A stretch of DNA of 60,613 bases, taken from the IMG/VR virus record IMGVR_UViG_3300037440_000098, positions 1-60,613 of that record, one strand, 5' to 3'. Origin of the DNA: a virus (taxonomy: Duplodnaviria > Caudoviricetes). The position numbers and the translations under genes are program-made. Below, one piece after another: positions 17,738-27,263 of the stretch (the stretch's first letter is position 1; each line of letters begins with the position of its first letter). The notes under the pieces are model-generated. The model did not search any database and was not told where the DNA came from. It saw only the letters and a program-made list of their open reading frames with translations.

Positions 17738-19327
17738 ATGAACCCCGCTATGGAACAGGGAACCGAAACCCTGGAAGAACTCAAAGCGCAGGTCGAGTCC
17801 CTGGAACTCAGGAATGAGGATCTGCTCAGCGACCTCAAGGAGTCGATGGCCGAAGTACAGATTGCCATCGACGACATCGGGTGGGCTCCTCTTGGTGGTC
17901 AAGCTGAGGGAATCCACGAGATCCCTCTCGTCAAGCTCAAGCGACTCAGCGAGCTGTGTCGAGCACTGACCACAGTCAACCCTCTGGTGAAGAACGGCGT
18001 CGGCATCCGTACGTCGTGGATCTGGGGGGACGGCGTGAAGATCGCCGTCAGCTCCAGCACACGCGGGCGTCCTCGGTCGAGCGACATGGAACTGCCGCCC
18101 TCACTCCGACGCGTCTTCGGTACGACACAGGCACAGATGGAACTCGAACGTTCCCTCGCTGCCGATGGTCAACTGTTCTTCCTGTGCGACCCCCGCACCA
18201 GGACTGTTCAGCGCCTGCCGTTCTGGCAGATCACCGGCGCTGTCACCCAGAACGGCGACAGCGAAACCGTCCTCTACTACAAGCGAACCTGGGATGACTC
18301 GGAGGTTGACCTCGACACCGGGTATACCGAAGGTGCCATGACCGAGATGTGGTACCCCAGTTCGGAGCTGGAAGGCCAGCCGACCGAGCGGGTTCTCAAC
18401 GTTCCTGTGGACTCTCGCCGTCGCATCGTGCACATCCCAGTCAACCGCATGACCGGCTGGCGTTGGGGTATCCCCGACGTGTTCCCCTGCATCTTCTGGA
18501 GCAAGGCGTACAAGGAGTTCCTGGAGAACTGCGCCACCCTCACCAAGGCGTACGCCCGCTTCGCCTGGAAGGTCACGTCTGCCTCCGGCCGTGGCACCAG
18601 CCGCGTGGCGTCGCAGCTTGCTGCCGCTCCCCAGCGTGACCCGATGACTGGCAAGCCTCTCCAGGTTGGCGCGTCGGCTGTCCTCGGTGCCGGTCAAGAC
18701 CTCACGGCCATTCAGCGCAGCACCGGAGTGAACTTCGGTGAGGGTCGTCCGCTGGCAGCCATGGTCGCGGCTGGCCTCGGTGTGCCTCTGCCGATGCTCA
18801 CCACCGACCCTGGTGACGGTTCCAGGTCCACAGCGGAGACTCTGGACGAGCCGACCATCCTCTCGATGCGCGCCCGCCAGAACCTGATGGACGATGCCAT
18901 CAAGGCCATCTGCCGGGTGCTTCGCTACAACGTCACCATCGAGTGGCCTGAGATCGATGCAGAGCCGGTTCACCGCCGCATCCAGGCCATCGACATGGCA
19001 GGCCGTACCGGGACCATCTTCCCCAAGGAATGGCGGGCCATGCTGCTCGAAGCCCTGGGTCCGAAGTACGTCGAGCGCTATCCCGACCGTGTGCCGAACG
19101 AGGAGCAGGTTCCCCTCATCCTCAAGAACACGGTGCCCAAGTCGGAGGAGGAGCAGGCCAAGGAGGACCAGCGTCAGATCGATCTCCAGAAGCAGCGAGC
19201 TGCACTTACCCCGGCTCAGCCTGGCCAGGATGGTCGTACCTCGACTCAGCCCAAGCAGACGGACCCGCCGTCGCGCGGCGACCACGAGCTTCGTGATGAA
19301 GGCACACAGAGCCACACTTCCGATTGA
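17738..19327 (+). CDS. portal protein
   Basis: About 530 aa; NPLVKNGV.IRTSWIWG; position before protease and capsid. Confidence 0.82.
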   Translation: MNPAMEQGTETLEELKAQVESLELRNEDLLSDLKESMAEVQIAIDDIGWAPLGGQAEGIHEIPLVKLKRLSELCRALTTVNPLVKNGVGIRTSWIWGDGVKIAVSSSTRGRPRSSDMELPPSLRRVFGTTQAQMELERSLAADGQLFFLCDPRTRTVQRLPFWQITGAVTQNGDSETVLYYKRTWDDSEVDLDTGYTEGAMTEMWYPSSELEGQPTERVLNVPVDSRRRIVHIPVNRMTGWRWGIPDVFPCIFWSKAYKEFLENCATLTKAYARFAWKVTSASGRGTSRVASQLAAAPQRDPMTGKPLQVGASAVLGAGQDLTAIQRSTGVNFGEGRPLAAMVAAGLGVPLPMLTTDPGDGSRSTAETLDEPTILSMRARQNLMDDAIKAICRVLRYNVTIEWPEIDAEPVHRRIQAIDMAGRTGTIFPKEWRAMLLEALGPKYVERYPDRVPNEEQVPLILKNTVPKSEEEQAKEDQRQIDLQKQRAALTPAQPGQDGRTSTQPKQTDPPSRGDHELRDEGTQSHTSD

Positions 19328-19376
19328 CCAGCTATAGTGGCGCACGTAGGTGCGTCGCTCGACAGGGAAGGCCAGG

Positions 19377-20336
19377 ATGACCGGGACACTGCTCCACGAG
19401 TCCTTCACCGTGGCACCCCGGAAGACCACCAAGGGCCGCTGGCGCGTTCGGCTGATCGAGGCCGACGTGATGGGCAGCTCGGGGTACTACTCCACAGAGG
19501 TGCTGCGGAGAGATGGACCGAAGGCGTTCCCTGCCGGGACGCACGTGTACTTCGACCATGCAACCGAGGCAGAGTCCTACGAACGGCCGGAAAGGTCGGT
19601 CAAGGACCTGGCTGGTGCACTGATCGAAGACGCACAGTATGAGGACGGGCCGGACGGCAAGGGCCTGTTCGCCCGAGTGCAGTTCTTCCCTGACTACATC
19701 CCCAAGATCGAGGCGATGGCCGAAGTCATGCCGGTGGAGATGTCCATCCGTGCGGCAGGCACGATCGAGGAGAACGAGTCAGGGCGGATCGTCACCAGCA
19801 TCGTCCACGGGATGTCCGTGGATGTCGTCACCCGTGCGGGTGCAGGAGGAAGGCTGATCAGCATGACCGAGGCCGCGAAGCCCGCTGCCGCGCAGGTGGC
19901 GAACCTGAGCGAAGCAGACAAGAAGGTGATGACCGATCTCGCGACCGGCATCACCACGCTCAACACGCTCAACACGACCATGACGAGCTTCCTGGACAAG
20001 CTGGCCGAGAGCCAGAAGGCCAAGGAGGAGGCGGACGAGAAGAAGAACGAGCTGTCGGCGGGCCAGATCGTGGCCAAGCTGGCGGAGTCGGCCCTTCCCG
20101 CCCCGAGCCAGAAGCGTCTGGCCGAGTCCTACGTCAAGGGTGCCGACCTCGACAAGATGATCGAGGACGAGAAGGCGTACGTCACGTCCATCACCGAGTC
20201 CGCGAAGCCGGGCAAGGTCACCCGAGGCACCGACGACAAGGGCCAGAAGCCCGGCACCGTCGAGACCGACGACAAGGAGGTCGAGGACAAGGAACTGACC
20301 GAGTCCCTGGCCGCCTTCTCCAACCTCTTCGGCTGA
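19377..20336 (+). CDS. capsid maturation protease / scaffold fusion
   Basis: GSSGYYS.EVL, YFDHA, MSIRA.G, SVDVVTRAGAGG; helical charged C-terminus. Confidence 0.82.
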   Translation: MTGTLLHESFTVAPRKTTKGRWRVRLIEADVMGSSGYYSTEVLRRDGPKAFPAGTHVYFDHATEAESYERPERSVKDLAGALIEDAQYEDGPDGKGLFARVQFFPDYIPKIEAMAEVMPVEMSIRAAGTIEENESGRIVTSIVHGMSVDVVTRAGAGGRLISMTEAAKPAAAQVANLSEADKKVMTDLATGITTLNTLNTTMTSFLDKLAESQKAKEEADEKKNELSAGQIVAKLAESALPAPSQKRLAESYVKGADLDKMIEDEKAYVTSITESAKPGKVTRGTDDKGQKPGTVETDDKEVEDKELTESLAAFSNLFG

Positions 20337-20358
20337 CCCCAGGAAGGAGTAAGCCAAC

Positions 20359-20781
20359 ATGGCTACGAACGAGGTCTACAAGTACAGCGACTGGATTCCG
20401 CTGCCGATCGACCCGAGCACTCTCCAGGTGCTCCCCAACGACCCGGTCAAGGTCAACGGGCTGGTCGGTGTAGCGCAGGCAGTCGGCGGTCACACCACGA
20501 CCTACACCATCGGCAGCTCCACCGTCACCGAGACCGACACGATCTCGGCGTCGCTGGAGGAGGGCTACATGTCGGTGGCTCTGGTGGGTGCCTTCGCCTT
20601 CGAGGTGACGGGTGCCGACGAGAACACCGAGATGGGCACGCCCGTCTACTTCGTGGTGGGCGATCTCGACACGTCCTCCACCCTGTCCACCTCCGTGGTG
20701 GCGGACACCGGCTTCGGCCACATCATCAACCGTACGACCGACGGCCGGTTCGTCGTTCGTCTCGCCGGGGAGGCGTTCTGA
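20359..20781 (+). CDS. capsid decoration/cement protein (DUF2190-like)
   Basis: DPVKV.GLVGVA and G.PVY motifs; between scaffold and major capsid. Confidence 0.7.
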   Translation: MATNEVYKYSDWIPLPIDPSTLQVLPNDPVKVNGLVGVAQAVGGHTTTYTIGSSTVTETDTISASLEEGYMSVALVGAFAFEVTGADENTEMGTPVYFVVGDLDTSSTLSTSVVADTGFGHIINRTTDGRFVVRLAGEAF

Positions 20782-21992
20782 TGTCCGTGGACAACCTTCC
20801 GCAGCACAAGAAGCGGCTCCTGGCCAAGCTCCAGGAGAGCACCAAGATCTACTTCGGGAAGAACAAGCTCGCTCGCGGCCTGGTCACCGACCTGGGTCTC
20901 GCCATGGACGGCAACTTCGCGGCCATGGCACGACTCAAGGAGGCCATCGCCAGCCAGGACTTCCCGATCCTGTTCGGCCAGGTCACCCAGATCGCCCTCC
21001 AGGGCCAGTACGCCCGTCTGCCCCAGCAGTGGACCTCCTTCAGCTCGCGCTACACCGCGTCGAACCTGAAGAAGCAGCGCATCATGGACTGGAACGCCAC
21101 CTTCGACCAGCTTCCGGTGCAGAACGGCGGCGCTCCCCGTCACTCGATGGCGCTCCCCCGCGTCCCCGAGCTGACCGAGTACCCGACCTTCTCCCTGGAG
21201 GCGCGGGGCGAGGAGTGGGGTCTGGCCAAGTACGGTGCCCGGTTCCCGTTCTCGTTCGAGGCGTTCATCAACGACGAGTTCCAGGTCATCCAGGACATGC
21301 CCGGTGAGATGGCCGCGATGGGCCGCGACACCGAGGATGTCCTGACCACGGGTGTTCTCGCCACCTCGACCGGTCCGAACCCGGACTACTTCAACGGTTC
21401 CTGGGACTTCGGCCCTCTCGCCGACGCGGGCAACATCATGGCCGGTAACCCGGCGCTCTCCGTGGAGGCGCTGGAGCTGGCGATGCAGGAGATCGGCCTC
21501 CGCCGTCTCAACGACCGCCCGGTGGTCGTTCCCTCCTGGGTCCTCGTCGTGCCGCCCTCCATGGAGATCACGGCCAACGAGATCGCGGCCATCGCGAATC
21601 AGGAGATCGTCCAGGGCGACCCGACCACGGGCCGTCAGGTCCGCTTCACCCGCACCAACCAGGCGCGCGGCCGGTTCACCGTCCAGGTCAACCAGTGGCT
21701 CCCGCTCATCGACACGTCGGCGACGGCGGCCACCACGTGGTACCTCGTCCCGACCGGCGGCACCACGGGTACGCGTCGGGCCATCGTGACCTCCTTCCTG
21801 GCGGGCCACGAGGCACCGGAGCTGCGTATCTCCAACGACACCGGCTCGAACATCGGCGGCGGGGACATCTCCCCGTTCGAAGGCTCGTTCAGCCACGACG
21901 ACGTGCAGTACCGCGTCCGTCACTTCGTCGGCGCGGCGGGCATCGACCCGTCCCCGTCGATGGTGTCGCTGGGCACCGGCCTCGACAGCTAG
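20781..21992 (+). CDS. major capsid protein
   Basis: DFPIL, LPRVPELTEYP, KYGARF.FSFEAFINDE, LVVPP, FL.GHE.PEL, YRVRH; very strong codon bias. Confidence 0.9.
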   Translation: MSVDNLPQHKKRLLAKLQESTKIYFGKNKLARGLVTDLGLAMDGNFAAMARLKEAIASQDFPILFGQVTQIALQGQYARLPQQWTSFSSRYTASNLKKQRIMDWNATFDQLPVQNGGAPRHSMALPRVPELTEYPTFSLEARGEEWGLAKYGARFPFSFEAFINDEFQVIQDMPGEMAAMGRDTEDVLTTGVLATSTGPNPDYFNGSWDFGPLADAGNIMAGNPALSVEALELAMQEIGLRRLNDRPVVVPSWVLVVPPSMEITANEIAAIANQEIVQGDPTTGRQVRFTRTNQARGRFTVQVNQWLPLIDTSATAATTWYLVPTGGTTGTRRAIVTSFLAGHEAPELRISNDTGSNIGGGDISPFEGSFSHDDVQYRVRHFVGAAGIDPSPSMVSLGTGLDS

Positions 21993-22014
21993 TAGGTCGT
22001 CGGCCACACAGACA

Positions 22015-22048
22015 GGAGCCCCGGAGGAGATCCCCCCTCCGGGGCTCC
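22015..22048. terminator. bidirectional terminator
   Basis: ggagccccggagg...cctccggggctcc between convergent genes. Confidence 0.75.
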
Positions 22049-22065
22049 GCTGCGTCCTGTGCCTC

Positions 22066-24831
22066 TCAGCTATCGTCGGCGAGGCTCACCCAGAACCGGT
22101 TGCCTCCGTCCGTCAGCAGGGTGGGGACGGTGGCCGGGGGCGTTGTCACAGCGGCTGTGCTGTAGCCGAACCTCACCACACCGTTCCTGGCGAGGATGTT
22201 CGGCGGAGCACCGGCACTGTTCTCGTACTCCAGCAGAGCTGGACCGTCCGGCACTCCGTAGTTGTAGATGAAGCGCCAGACTACGGTGTAGACGCCGGGG
22301 CTCAGGACGACGCTTCCCTCATCCAGCGGCGAACCGCTCATCGCACCGCCAGCGTCGTGCACCTCGGGCGGCTCCGACCCCACTGCGGTCAAGTCGGCCA
22401 CAGTGCCGACCTTTGTGCCAGCCGAGTCGTAGATGGCCGCCCACGAACCCGCCGTGAGACCTCCATCGTAGCCCAGCATGTACCACACGATGTCAGTCAC
22501 CGTGGTGGTCCTGTGGATCGAGATGGCGGCCGACCGAATACGGTTGGCCGACTCATAGCGGATGGTGGACTGGCAGTTGGCCGGGTCCGAAGTCCAGGCC
22601 ACCAGACCCACATCCTCGGGCTGCCAGGTGTTCCTGGTCTCCACCAGGATCGCCGCCGCGTTGGCGTCCGCGTCTGCCTGCACAGCAGCATCGCCGTCGT
22701 CCACGTAGGACTTGACGGCCATCTGGCTGTCGGTCGTCGGCTCCGGACCGGTCGGGCTGAGCGAGAACGTCTTGACCCCGCCGACCGTCTGGTTGCCGGT
22801 CAGCTTCACCACGTCGGCGTCGTTGGCCATCACCGGCCCTGCGGTGCTGGTATCCGCGATGTCGCCGCGTGTATCGAGTGCCGACAGCAGTGACGCCAAT
22901 GCTTCGCCGGTAGACCGCTCTCCGGTGATGGTCGCCTGCTCTACAGGCTCAGCTCCGTGGAAGGCCACTGTATTGGTGAAGCCGTCCAGCGTATGCACAG
23001 CAGCACCGAACGGGCCGTCTGCGAAGATCCACCTACCCGTGGCGTGAGCCAATCCGGCAGCGTTCTCCAGCCGGAGGTACTGGAACTGGTCTCCGCTGAA
23101 ATCGCCGTTCTCGAAGACTGAGATGTAGAGACTCTGACCAGCACCCTCGAAGTCGAGTGCTTCGCCACTTCGGCGGAATCGGTACGCTTTGCTGTCGTCG
23201 GCTGCCTTGATCGTGAGGTCCGTATTCACCAACCCCAACGATCCCGCAGCAAGGCGCTCCAGGAAGGAATCCACGGGGTTGATGCCGTCGCCCCACTCCA
23301 TCGCACCATCAGTGCGCCTGATGTAGCGAGCCACCGGGTCATCGCTCACCCTGGACTCGACAGCCACGTCATCCGTCGCGGCCAGCTCGGAGCTGATCGC
23401 ACCGGTCATGGTGCCACCGGCCAACAACAGGTAGTTCGCCAGAGCATCCTGGCTCGATGCCGGACCGACACCGAACTTGGCTGCCGGAACAAACTGCGCC
23501 TGCAACGGATCGCTCAGGTTGGTGGCGTTCCGTCGAACGCACAGGAAGCCCAGCAAGACACCGAACGTCGGCAGGAACGGGTTGACCACATGGCTGGCGG
23601 TGCTGATCGCGGCCACAGCCGCCGTCAGGCTGCTGTAGACCGTCTGTCCGTACTGGATGATGATTTGATCCTCATCATCCTTGGTCGGGAACAGCCATAC
23701 CCTCTGGATGGTGGCGTTGTTGGTGCTTCCCCCGACAGCGGTGAGTACGCCGTTCAGGTCGTAGTTCGCCGGGTCCACGTTGGCGACCGGCGCGGGAACC
23801 ACCGTGGTGTTCCGCAACACGTACGTGAGTGTGGCCGGGGCCTGTGCCTGCGTCGGCGAGATGTGCGGGTTGTTGGTGTTCGTCGCACCCTGGAACTGAT
23901 TCCAGCCTCGGGAGAAGACTTGGCCAGCAGCGTGGTCAAGCATGAGGTTCACACCGTTCGGCGTGATCTCGTTGCCTGACAGGTTGAACGCGCCCACCGC
24001 GTCCATGAAGTCGTAGAGCTGATTGATGGGCTGCTGGATGATGACCTGTACCGTCTGGTCAACATCGATCTGGCCGCCGACCTGGGTAGTTACACCCAGC
24101 ACGATGGTCTCTCGCCGTTGTACCGGCGTCGGCGTCGTAGCCTGCTGTGTGACGTTGAGGTCAGCGTCGATCAGCCACCAGGTGACCGTTCTCGCCAGAG
24201 CGCCAGCGTCCATGGCCACCGTGATGACGGCGGGGTTGGTTACCAGCGTGACGATGGCGTTGTCCGGATCGGTCAGGTAGTCCACGATCAGCCCACGGAA
24301 CGGGTTGATGTCGATGGAGGACGGGTCTCCCACGTTGGGGCTGATGTCACCGCCCACGATGATGCCGGTGGTCAGACCGCCCTGGTCGGAGTTCACCCCA
24401 TCAGTACCATCGGCACCGTCAGCGCCAGCAGGTCCGGCCGGACCAGGCGGGCCTTGCACAGGGACGATGATTTCGTCGCCCTCCTGTGCCCCCAGGATGT
24501 CGGTGATGTCGAGCGCCCCTACACCTTCAGGCAGCTCGAAGTACCAGGTGTTCCACTCTCCATCGACGTACTCGCGCAGCCTCCACAGTCGGCCGTCTTC
24601 CGGCAACACACCGGCCGCGTCAGTGCACACGAGGTCTTCGGAGAACTGGCCATTGGCGTCCAGGTTTACCTGTCCGCCGCCCACCAGAATCTGGTTGCCG
24701 GTCTGGTCCGTCCACCTTTCCGGCACAGGCTCGAAGATGACGAAGTGTTCCCCACTCGTTCCGTCGTAGGGATCACCAGTCACCGGGTTGGTGTAGGTCC
24801 CTGTGACAGTGCGTTCCGTAGGCAGTGGCAT
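22066..24831 (-). CDS. fibre-like virion protein with short collagen G-X-Y tract (921 aa)
   Basis: GPPGPAGPAGADGADGTDG; VVKLTGNQTVGGVKTF fibre repeat; ATG 24831 behind GGAGGT. Confidence 0.7.
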   Translation of the reverse strand: MPLPTERTVTGTYTNPVTGDPYDGTSGEHFVIFEPVPERWTDQTGNQILVGGGQVNLDANGQFSEDLVCTDAAGVLPEDGRLWRLREYVDGEWNTWYFELPEGVGALDITDILGAQEGDEIIVPVQGPPGPAGPAGADGADGTDGVNSDQGGLTTGIIVGGDISPNVGDPSSIDINPFRGLIVDYLTDPDNAIVTLVTNPAVITVAMDAGALARTVTWWLIDADLNVTQQATTPTPVQRRETIVLGVTTQVGGQIDVDQTVQVIIQQPINQLYDFMDAVGAFNLSGNEITPNGVNLMLDHAAGQVFSRGWNQFQGATNTNNPHISPTQAQAPATLTYVLRNTTVVPAPVANVDPANYDLNGVLTAVGGSTNNATIQRVWLFPTKDDEDQIIIQYGQTVYSSLTAAVAAISTASHVVNPFLPTFGVLLGFLCVRRNATNLSDPLQAQFVPAAKFGVGPASSQDALANYLLLAGGTMTGAISSELAATDDVAVESRVSDDPVARYIRRTDGAMEWGDGINPVDSFLERLAAGSLGLVNTDLTIKAADDSKAYRFRRSGEALDFEGAGQSLYISVFENGDFSGDQFQYLRLENAAGLAHATGRWIFADGPFGAAVHTLDGFTNTVAFHGAEPVEQATITGERSTGEALASLLSALDTRGDIADTSTAGPVMANDADVVKLTGNQTVGGVKTFSLSPTGPEPTTDSQMAVKSYVDDGDAAVQADADANAAAILVETRNTWQPEDVGLVAWTSDPANCQSTIRYESANRIRSAAISIHRTTTVTDIVWYMLGYDGGLTAGSWAAIYDSAGTKVGTVADLTAVGSEPPEVHDAGGAMSGSPLDEGSVVLSPGVYTVVWRFIYNYGVPDGPALLEYENSAGAPPNILARNGVVRFGYSTAAVTTPPATVPTLLTDGGNRFWVSLADDS

Positions 24832-24892
24832 CGGACCTCCTCTCGTCGGTCCTATGGTATCCGGCCTCGACCTGACGAGCATGACGCACCCG

Positions 24893-25228
24893 GTGAATAA
24901 GAATCTTTGCCAATCCTTTACTAAGTGAATTGAGTTAATTCACCACTCAAGGTACGAAGATTCTCCCAAGACTTCCTTGAATGTCCTACTTGTGTAGCAT
25001 GTTAGGATCGAAGCGTCAGCTCCCCTGAGCTGATCGGCCGTTTACGGCCGACCGAAAGGCGCGTCGATCCTAGACCTGGAACCGGGATAAACTAGGACAA
25101 GACAGACAGTGAATAAGGTTAATTCACCATAATTTTGGTGAATAGAGGCCAGTGAATAAAGCCATATTCACCAAGTGAATAACTAATCACCAAAACCGTA
25201 GTGAATACGCCCTGCGTATCAGTGAATA
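24893..25228. repeat. second GTGAATA/TATTCAC cluster in a divergent intergenic region
   Basis: About 11 exact or near-exact copies, including gtgaattgagttaattcac, gtgaataaggttaattcac and gtgaataaagccatattcac. Confidence 0.8.
25003..25072 (+). ncRNA. candidate structured RNA or ssDNA element forming a perfect four-way junction
   Basis: Closing stem TAGGATCGA-A-GCG/CGC-G-TCGATCCTA around three abutting hairpins with CCCT, TTTA and GAAA loops. Confidence 0.55.
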
Positions 25229-25306
25229 GCCTCTGTGCCTCGACGCTGTAGCCTGGCCCCAGCAGCGATCCCCCGGTCGCAGTGGCAGCCCTTGTCCGTG
25301 GGCAAC

Positions 25307-25347
25307 GAGAGCCCCGTACCTACTCCGAGGTCAGGTACGGGGCTCTC
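25307..25347. terminator. 15-bp stem hairpin
   Basis: gagagccccgtacct...aggtacggggctctc. Confidence 0.55.
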
Positions 25348-25393
25348 TGCTGTCCAGGCAGCTATGCTATGGACATAGGACAAGGAGGACGCC

Positions 25394-25876
25394 ATGGCAG
25401 ACCAGTTTCCTCCGGACTACTCCACATCGGTGGGCAAAGTCCGGGCGCTCATCCCCGATGTAGAATTCGTGGACTGGGAGAACGACGGCAATGCCTCGTT
25501 CATGTTCACCGACAACCACCTTGAGGGGCTTCTCTCCCTCTACCCGGCCATCGAGAACCCGAACGATGTGGACTACACCAGCACGGTCCACATTCGCCGG
25601 GCTGCTGCGGACGCGGTGGACGCGCTGGCCACCAGCGAGGCGCTGATCTCCAAGGTCATCAAGACCGAAGACCTCCAGACCGATGGTGCCAAGCTGGCCA
25701 ACGCACTGATCCAGCGAGCCATCCAGCTCCGGCGTCAGGCGGACAAGGAAGAGGACGCCCTCGAACTGGACACCGCCTTCACCGTGGTGGACTTCCAGGC
25801 TGCTCGACAGCCGCTCGGTATCTGGCCTGCCACGGTTCGCTCGTCGCCGTTCGATCAGGTGTGGGGTAACGCATGA
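25394..25876 (+). CDS. head-to-tail adaptor
   Basis: VGKVRALIPD..FTD..RAAADA; SD AAGGAGG; synteny. Confidence 0.75.
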   Translation: MADQFPPDYSTSVGKVRALIPDVEFVDWENDGNASFMFTDNHLEGLLSLYPAIENPNDVDYTSTVHIRRAAADAVDALATSEALISKVIKTEDLQTDGAKLANALIQRAIQLRRQADKEEDALELDTAFTVVDFQAARQPLGIWPATVRSSPFDQVWGNA

Positions 25877-26367
25877 GTCCCCTCAACCTGCGACCCAGCA
25901 TGGACCCGAGGTGGCCGCTCCACCACCGTACGGTGCCGATCGGGTGGCAGACGGCAGAGCTGGTCTTCGCCAGGCGTTCCGGCACCGAAGCGGTTTGGGA
26001 CCCCGAGACGGGTCAGATCACCGGAGGCGAGTGGACCTACGTCTGGTGGGGCGAAGCTCGGGTGCAGCCCAACAAGGACTGGCGCGCGCGCCGCCGTAAC
26101 GGCGAAGACTCCCCCACGGTGCAGCACGCTGTGCGTATCCAGATGTCGATGGACTGCCCGGCCATCCTGCTCGGGGATGCTGTGGGTGTCCTCTACTCGC
26201 CGTACGACGACAGCCTGGAGCGCTACATCTTCCACATCCGGAACCCGCTGGAGTCCAGCAACACGTGGGGCCGGTCTGTACTTGGTGACCTCGACGTGTC
26301 TGAGAGCAGCCTTCAGTGGGACGCTCTCCAAGACCTCGCGCTTGCCAACGGATGGGTGGCTCACTGA
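25873..26367 (+). CDS. head-to-tail stopper-like protein
   Basis: WDPETG..W.GEARVQP; synteny; ATGA overlap. Confidence 0.7.
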   Translation: MSPLNLRPSMDPRWPLHHRTVPIGWQTAELVFARRSGTEAVWDPETGQITGGEWTYVWWGEARVQPNKDWRARRRNGEDSPTVQHAVRIQMSMDCPAILLGDAVGVLYSPYDDSLERYIFHIRNPLESSNTWGRSVLGDLDVSESSLQWDALQDLALANGWVAH

Positions 26368-26409
26368 TGGCCGGTAGTTTTGTCCAACGAATGCGGTACG
26401 CTGGCTCTC

Positions 26410-26862
26410 ATGGGTATCAAGCGGACCGGTCCGGTCACTCTCGAATGGTTGTGGACTCGCTGTGATCGGAGTGGAGGTGAAGACGCTTGCTGGCCTTGGA
26501 CCAAGGGAACTGATTCCAAGGGATATGGCCAGCTTTCAAGTCAAGGTGTCTCGATGCTGGCAACAAGGTGGCTCATGAGTCATCTTTTGCATAAGCGGCT
26601 GGAGAAGTATGAGTGTGTACTGCACTCCTGTGACAATCCTCCGTGCATCAATCCAAAACATCTCTACATCGGTAGTCAGGCGCAGAACGCGGCTGACCGC
26701 AGTAATCGTGGCCGACATGGGATGTGGCGGAAGCCTCCAAAGACTCACTGCAAGTACGGCCACGAGTACACAGAGGAGAACACGTACAGGACCAAGACAG
26801 GTCGGTCGTGTCTCACGTGTCGACGGATTCGTTCAAGGGGTGAGCAGCCATCGCAAGTATAA
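26410..26862 (+). CDS. HNH homing endonuclease
   Basis: CWPWT..GYG, VLHSCDNPPCINPKHL.IGS...N, KTHCKYGHEY; lower GC than neighbours. Confidence 0.88.
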   Translation: MGIKRTGPVTLEWLWTRCDRSGGEDACWPWTKGTDSKGYGQLSSQGVSMLATRWLMSHLLHKRLEKYECVLHSCDNPPCINPKHLYIGSQAQNAADRSNRGRHGMWRKPPKTHCKYGHEYTEENTYRTKTGRSCLTCRRIRSRGEQPSQV

Positions 26863-27263
26863 GCTGGAAGTACCAGTACCGAACCAGCCTGCCGGGTGGC
26901 TACACCTACTACGGCAGCGGCTCACCGGTAGGTGCACAGGAGCAGATACTCGAAGCCTTCGTCATCGACCATCTCAACCGTTCGCGGCAGAAGATAGTCG
27001 ATGGCCTGAAGACCATCGAGAACCGGGCCAAGCTCGATGTCATCAGGCGGGCCAGGGTCGAGACTGGGAACATGAAGTCTCGTACGTACTCTGAGGGAAG
27101 CTACAACACGGACATCCTTCGCATCCGGTTCGGATGGAAGGAGCTGGCTCCGTACTACGCTCCGTTCCAGGAGTTCGGTACGAGGACAGGAATCAAGCCG
27201 ATGCGGGCTGTCTATGCGGCGTACAACAACGCGCTGCCCGAGGTGAAGAGGCTGGTGCGATGA
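26850..27263 (+). CDS. HK97 gp10-like neck/tail-completion protein; start unresolved (no canonical start before ATG 27072)
   Basis: ETGNM..APYYAPFQEFGT..KPM motif; frame open from 26844. Confidence 0.65.
   Translation: MASISWKYQYRTSLPGGYTYYGSGSPVGAQEQILEAFVIDHLNRSRQKIVDGLKTIENRAKLDVIRRARVETGNMKSRTYSEGSYNTDILRIRFGWKELAPYYAPFQEFGTRTGIKPMRAVYAAYNNALPEVKRLVR

Noticed and set aside
25030-25060. Hammerhead ribozyme (CTGAT...stem...GAAA)
   Set aside because: The core reads CUGAUCG rather than CUGANGA, and GAAA closes its own hairpin instead of following stem II.
26367-26860. Group I intron carrying the HNH
   Set aside because: Only about 40 nt lie outside the HNH ORF and I could not find P7 or other core elements; splicing is kept only as an alternative hypothesis.
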